Shown here one piece after another: positions 31,129 through 32,000 of a DNA stretch of 32,000 bases. Source of the stretch: Phycisphaera mikurensis NBRC 102666 (GTDB taxonomy: Bacteria > Planctomycetota > Phycisphaerae > Phycisphaerales > Phycisphaeraceae). The notes under the pieces were generated by a model, which had not been told where the DNA came from, did not search any database, and was given only the letters and a program-made list of their open reading frames with translations. The stretch spans positions 1,530,001 to 1,562,000 of the forward strand of contig NC_017080.1 of the NCBI RefSeq assembly GCF_000284115.1. Direction: 5' to 3'. The first letter of the stretch is position 1. Each line of letters opens with the position of its first letter. The translations under genes were made by a program, and so were the position numbers.

Positions 31129-32000
31129 ATGGCCGCACCCCCTTCTCGATCTCCGTGGTTCGCGATCCGGCGGGAGGTGCCGACGCATCGCAGCGGGCTG
31201 CTGATGGCGGCTTCGTTCGCGGTGCCGGTGCTCATCTGGTGCGTGCTCGCGTACGTGCCCCTCTTCCACGCCGACTACCGGCTGACGGTGGTGGCCGAGC
31301 GACAGGCGGCGAACACGGCGACGCTGACCGTGGGCGACCGCGTGGAGAAGGGCTACTTCCAGGACTACCTCGACGAGGTGGCGGCGATGAACGAGCAGAT
31401 CCGGGCCCGCGTGGCCGCGGGCGATCTTGACGCCTCGACGCGGTCCAACACGAGGATCCTCCGGGCGCTGCGGCCGGTGGCGGAGTCCAACGGCCTGCTC
31501 GCGGGTGTCGACACGGGCGACAGCGGCGTGGTCGACGCGAAGCTCTACGAGCTCTGGCTCGCGGCCGCGGATGGCGAGCGACCCGAGCTGATGGCGGCGC
31601 TGTCGGAGGAGAACCAGGCGGTGGTCCGCGGCAACGCCGAGGTCCTGCGGCGGTTCCCGCCGGAGGATCGCCAGAGCAAGCCGAAGGTGCGGGAGCCGCT
31701 GCTGAACCTGCTGCCGCAGGGTGTCTCCGCCTCGCCGGTGTACCTGCCGTCGCCCGGCGAGTGCATCCGAGCCTTCGTCGACGACTTCACCACCGAGCCG
31801 CCCAACGGCCAGCCGTGGATGCACGAGCGGCTGCTGTCGTCGCTGAAGGTCGTGTTCGGCGGCTTCGGGATGGCCGTGCTGATCGGGCTGCCGCTGGGGA
31901 TTCTGTGCGGCTGCTACGGCGTCTTCGCGCGGCTGTTCGAGCCCTTCACCGACTTCTTCCGCTACATGCCGGCCCCGACCTTCAGCCTGCTGCTGGTCGC
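31129..32000 (+). CDS. ABC transporter permease (NitT/TauT family) with a large N-terminal extracytoplasmic insertion; 3' end outside the window
   Basis: My own translation from the ATG at 31129 reads MAAPPSRSPWFAIRREVPTHRSGLLMAASFAVPVLIWCVLAYV... About 155 soluble residues follow, then LPSPGECIRAF...HERLLSSLKVVFGGFGMAVLIGLPLGILCG...FFRYMPAPTFSLLLV. The frame is open to the window end and is not in the ORF track because no stop is reached. Confidence 0.8.
   Translation, partial: MAAPPSRSPWFAIRREVPTHRSGLLMAASFAVPVLIWCVLAYVPLFHADYRLTVVAERQAANTATLTVGDRVEKGYFQDYLDEVAAMNEQIRARVAAGDLDASTRSNTRILRALRPVAESNGLLAGVDTGDSGVVDAKLYELWLAAADGERPELMAALSEENQAVVRGNAEVLRRFPPEDRQSKPKVREPLLNLLPQGVSASPVYLPSPGECIRAFVDDFTTEPPNGQPWMHERLLSSLKVVFGGFGMAVLIGLPLGILCGCYGVFARLFEPFTDFFRYMPAPTFSLLLV

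Noticed and set aside
1-32000. Mobile elements, prophage, defence systems, tRNA or rRNA genes
   Set aside because: I recognised no integrase, transposase, recombinase, phage structural, restriction, Cas or toxin-antitoxin-like sequence. No T-loop-like GGTTCGAATCC motif or rRNA-like stretch occurs in any intergenic region.

Overview
High-GC (roughly 70% or more), gene-dense chromosomal segment. PEP-CTERM sorting tails and an H-X9-DG/DUF1559 prepilin-like protein suggest Planctomycetota, possibly Phycisphaerae-like; this is inference only. I support about 28 protein genes. No rRNA, tRNA, CRISPR array, transposase, integrase or recognisable defence gene was seen. Left to right: (1) end of a carbohydrate ABC importer (SBP plus two permeases); (2) an exosortase-cargo group (H-X9-DG pseudopilin, GH25 muramidase with PEP-CTERM tail, PEP-CTERM lectin-like protein); (3) a peptidoglycan/D-Ala island (Amidase_2, dacB, a circularly permuted Tat-signal D-amino-acid-oxidase-like flavoprotein coupled to dacB, a VOC-like unknown, a VanY/M15 lipoprotein); (4) housekeeping genes (TIM-barrel isomerase, dnaB, queA, RNase H with hybrid-binding domain, tsaD coupled to ctpA, LuxR regulator, cupin, trkH, DUF427); (5) two divergent operons of unknown substrate (creatininase-family hydrolase and GS-like ligase against TIM barrel, Rieske oxygenase, FGE-fold protein and a NitT/TauT ABC importer). 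The findings I rank highest are the permuted exported DAAO-like enzyme, the divergent GS-like/Rieske cluster, a TAnnnT hexamer 5-7 nt upstream of ten start codons (leaderless-mRNA signature), and two dispersed GC-rich palindromic repeat families. Both ABC operons also carry a strong hairpin at the SBP/permease junction. Many long alternate-frame and antisense ORFs in the track are high-GC artefacts. All function calls rest on motifs read by eye; no database search was run.
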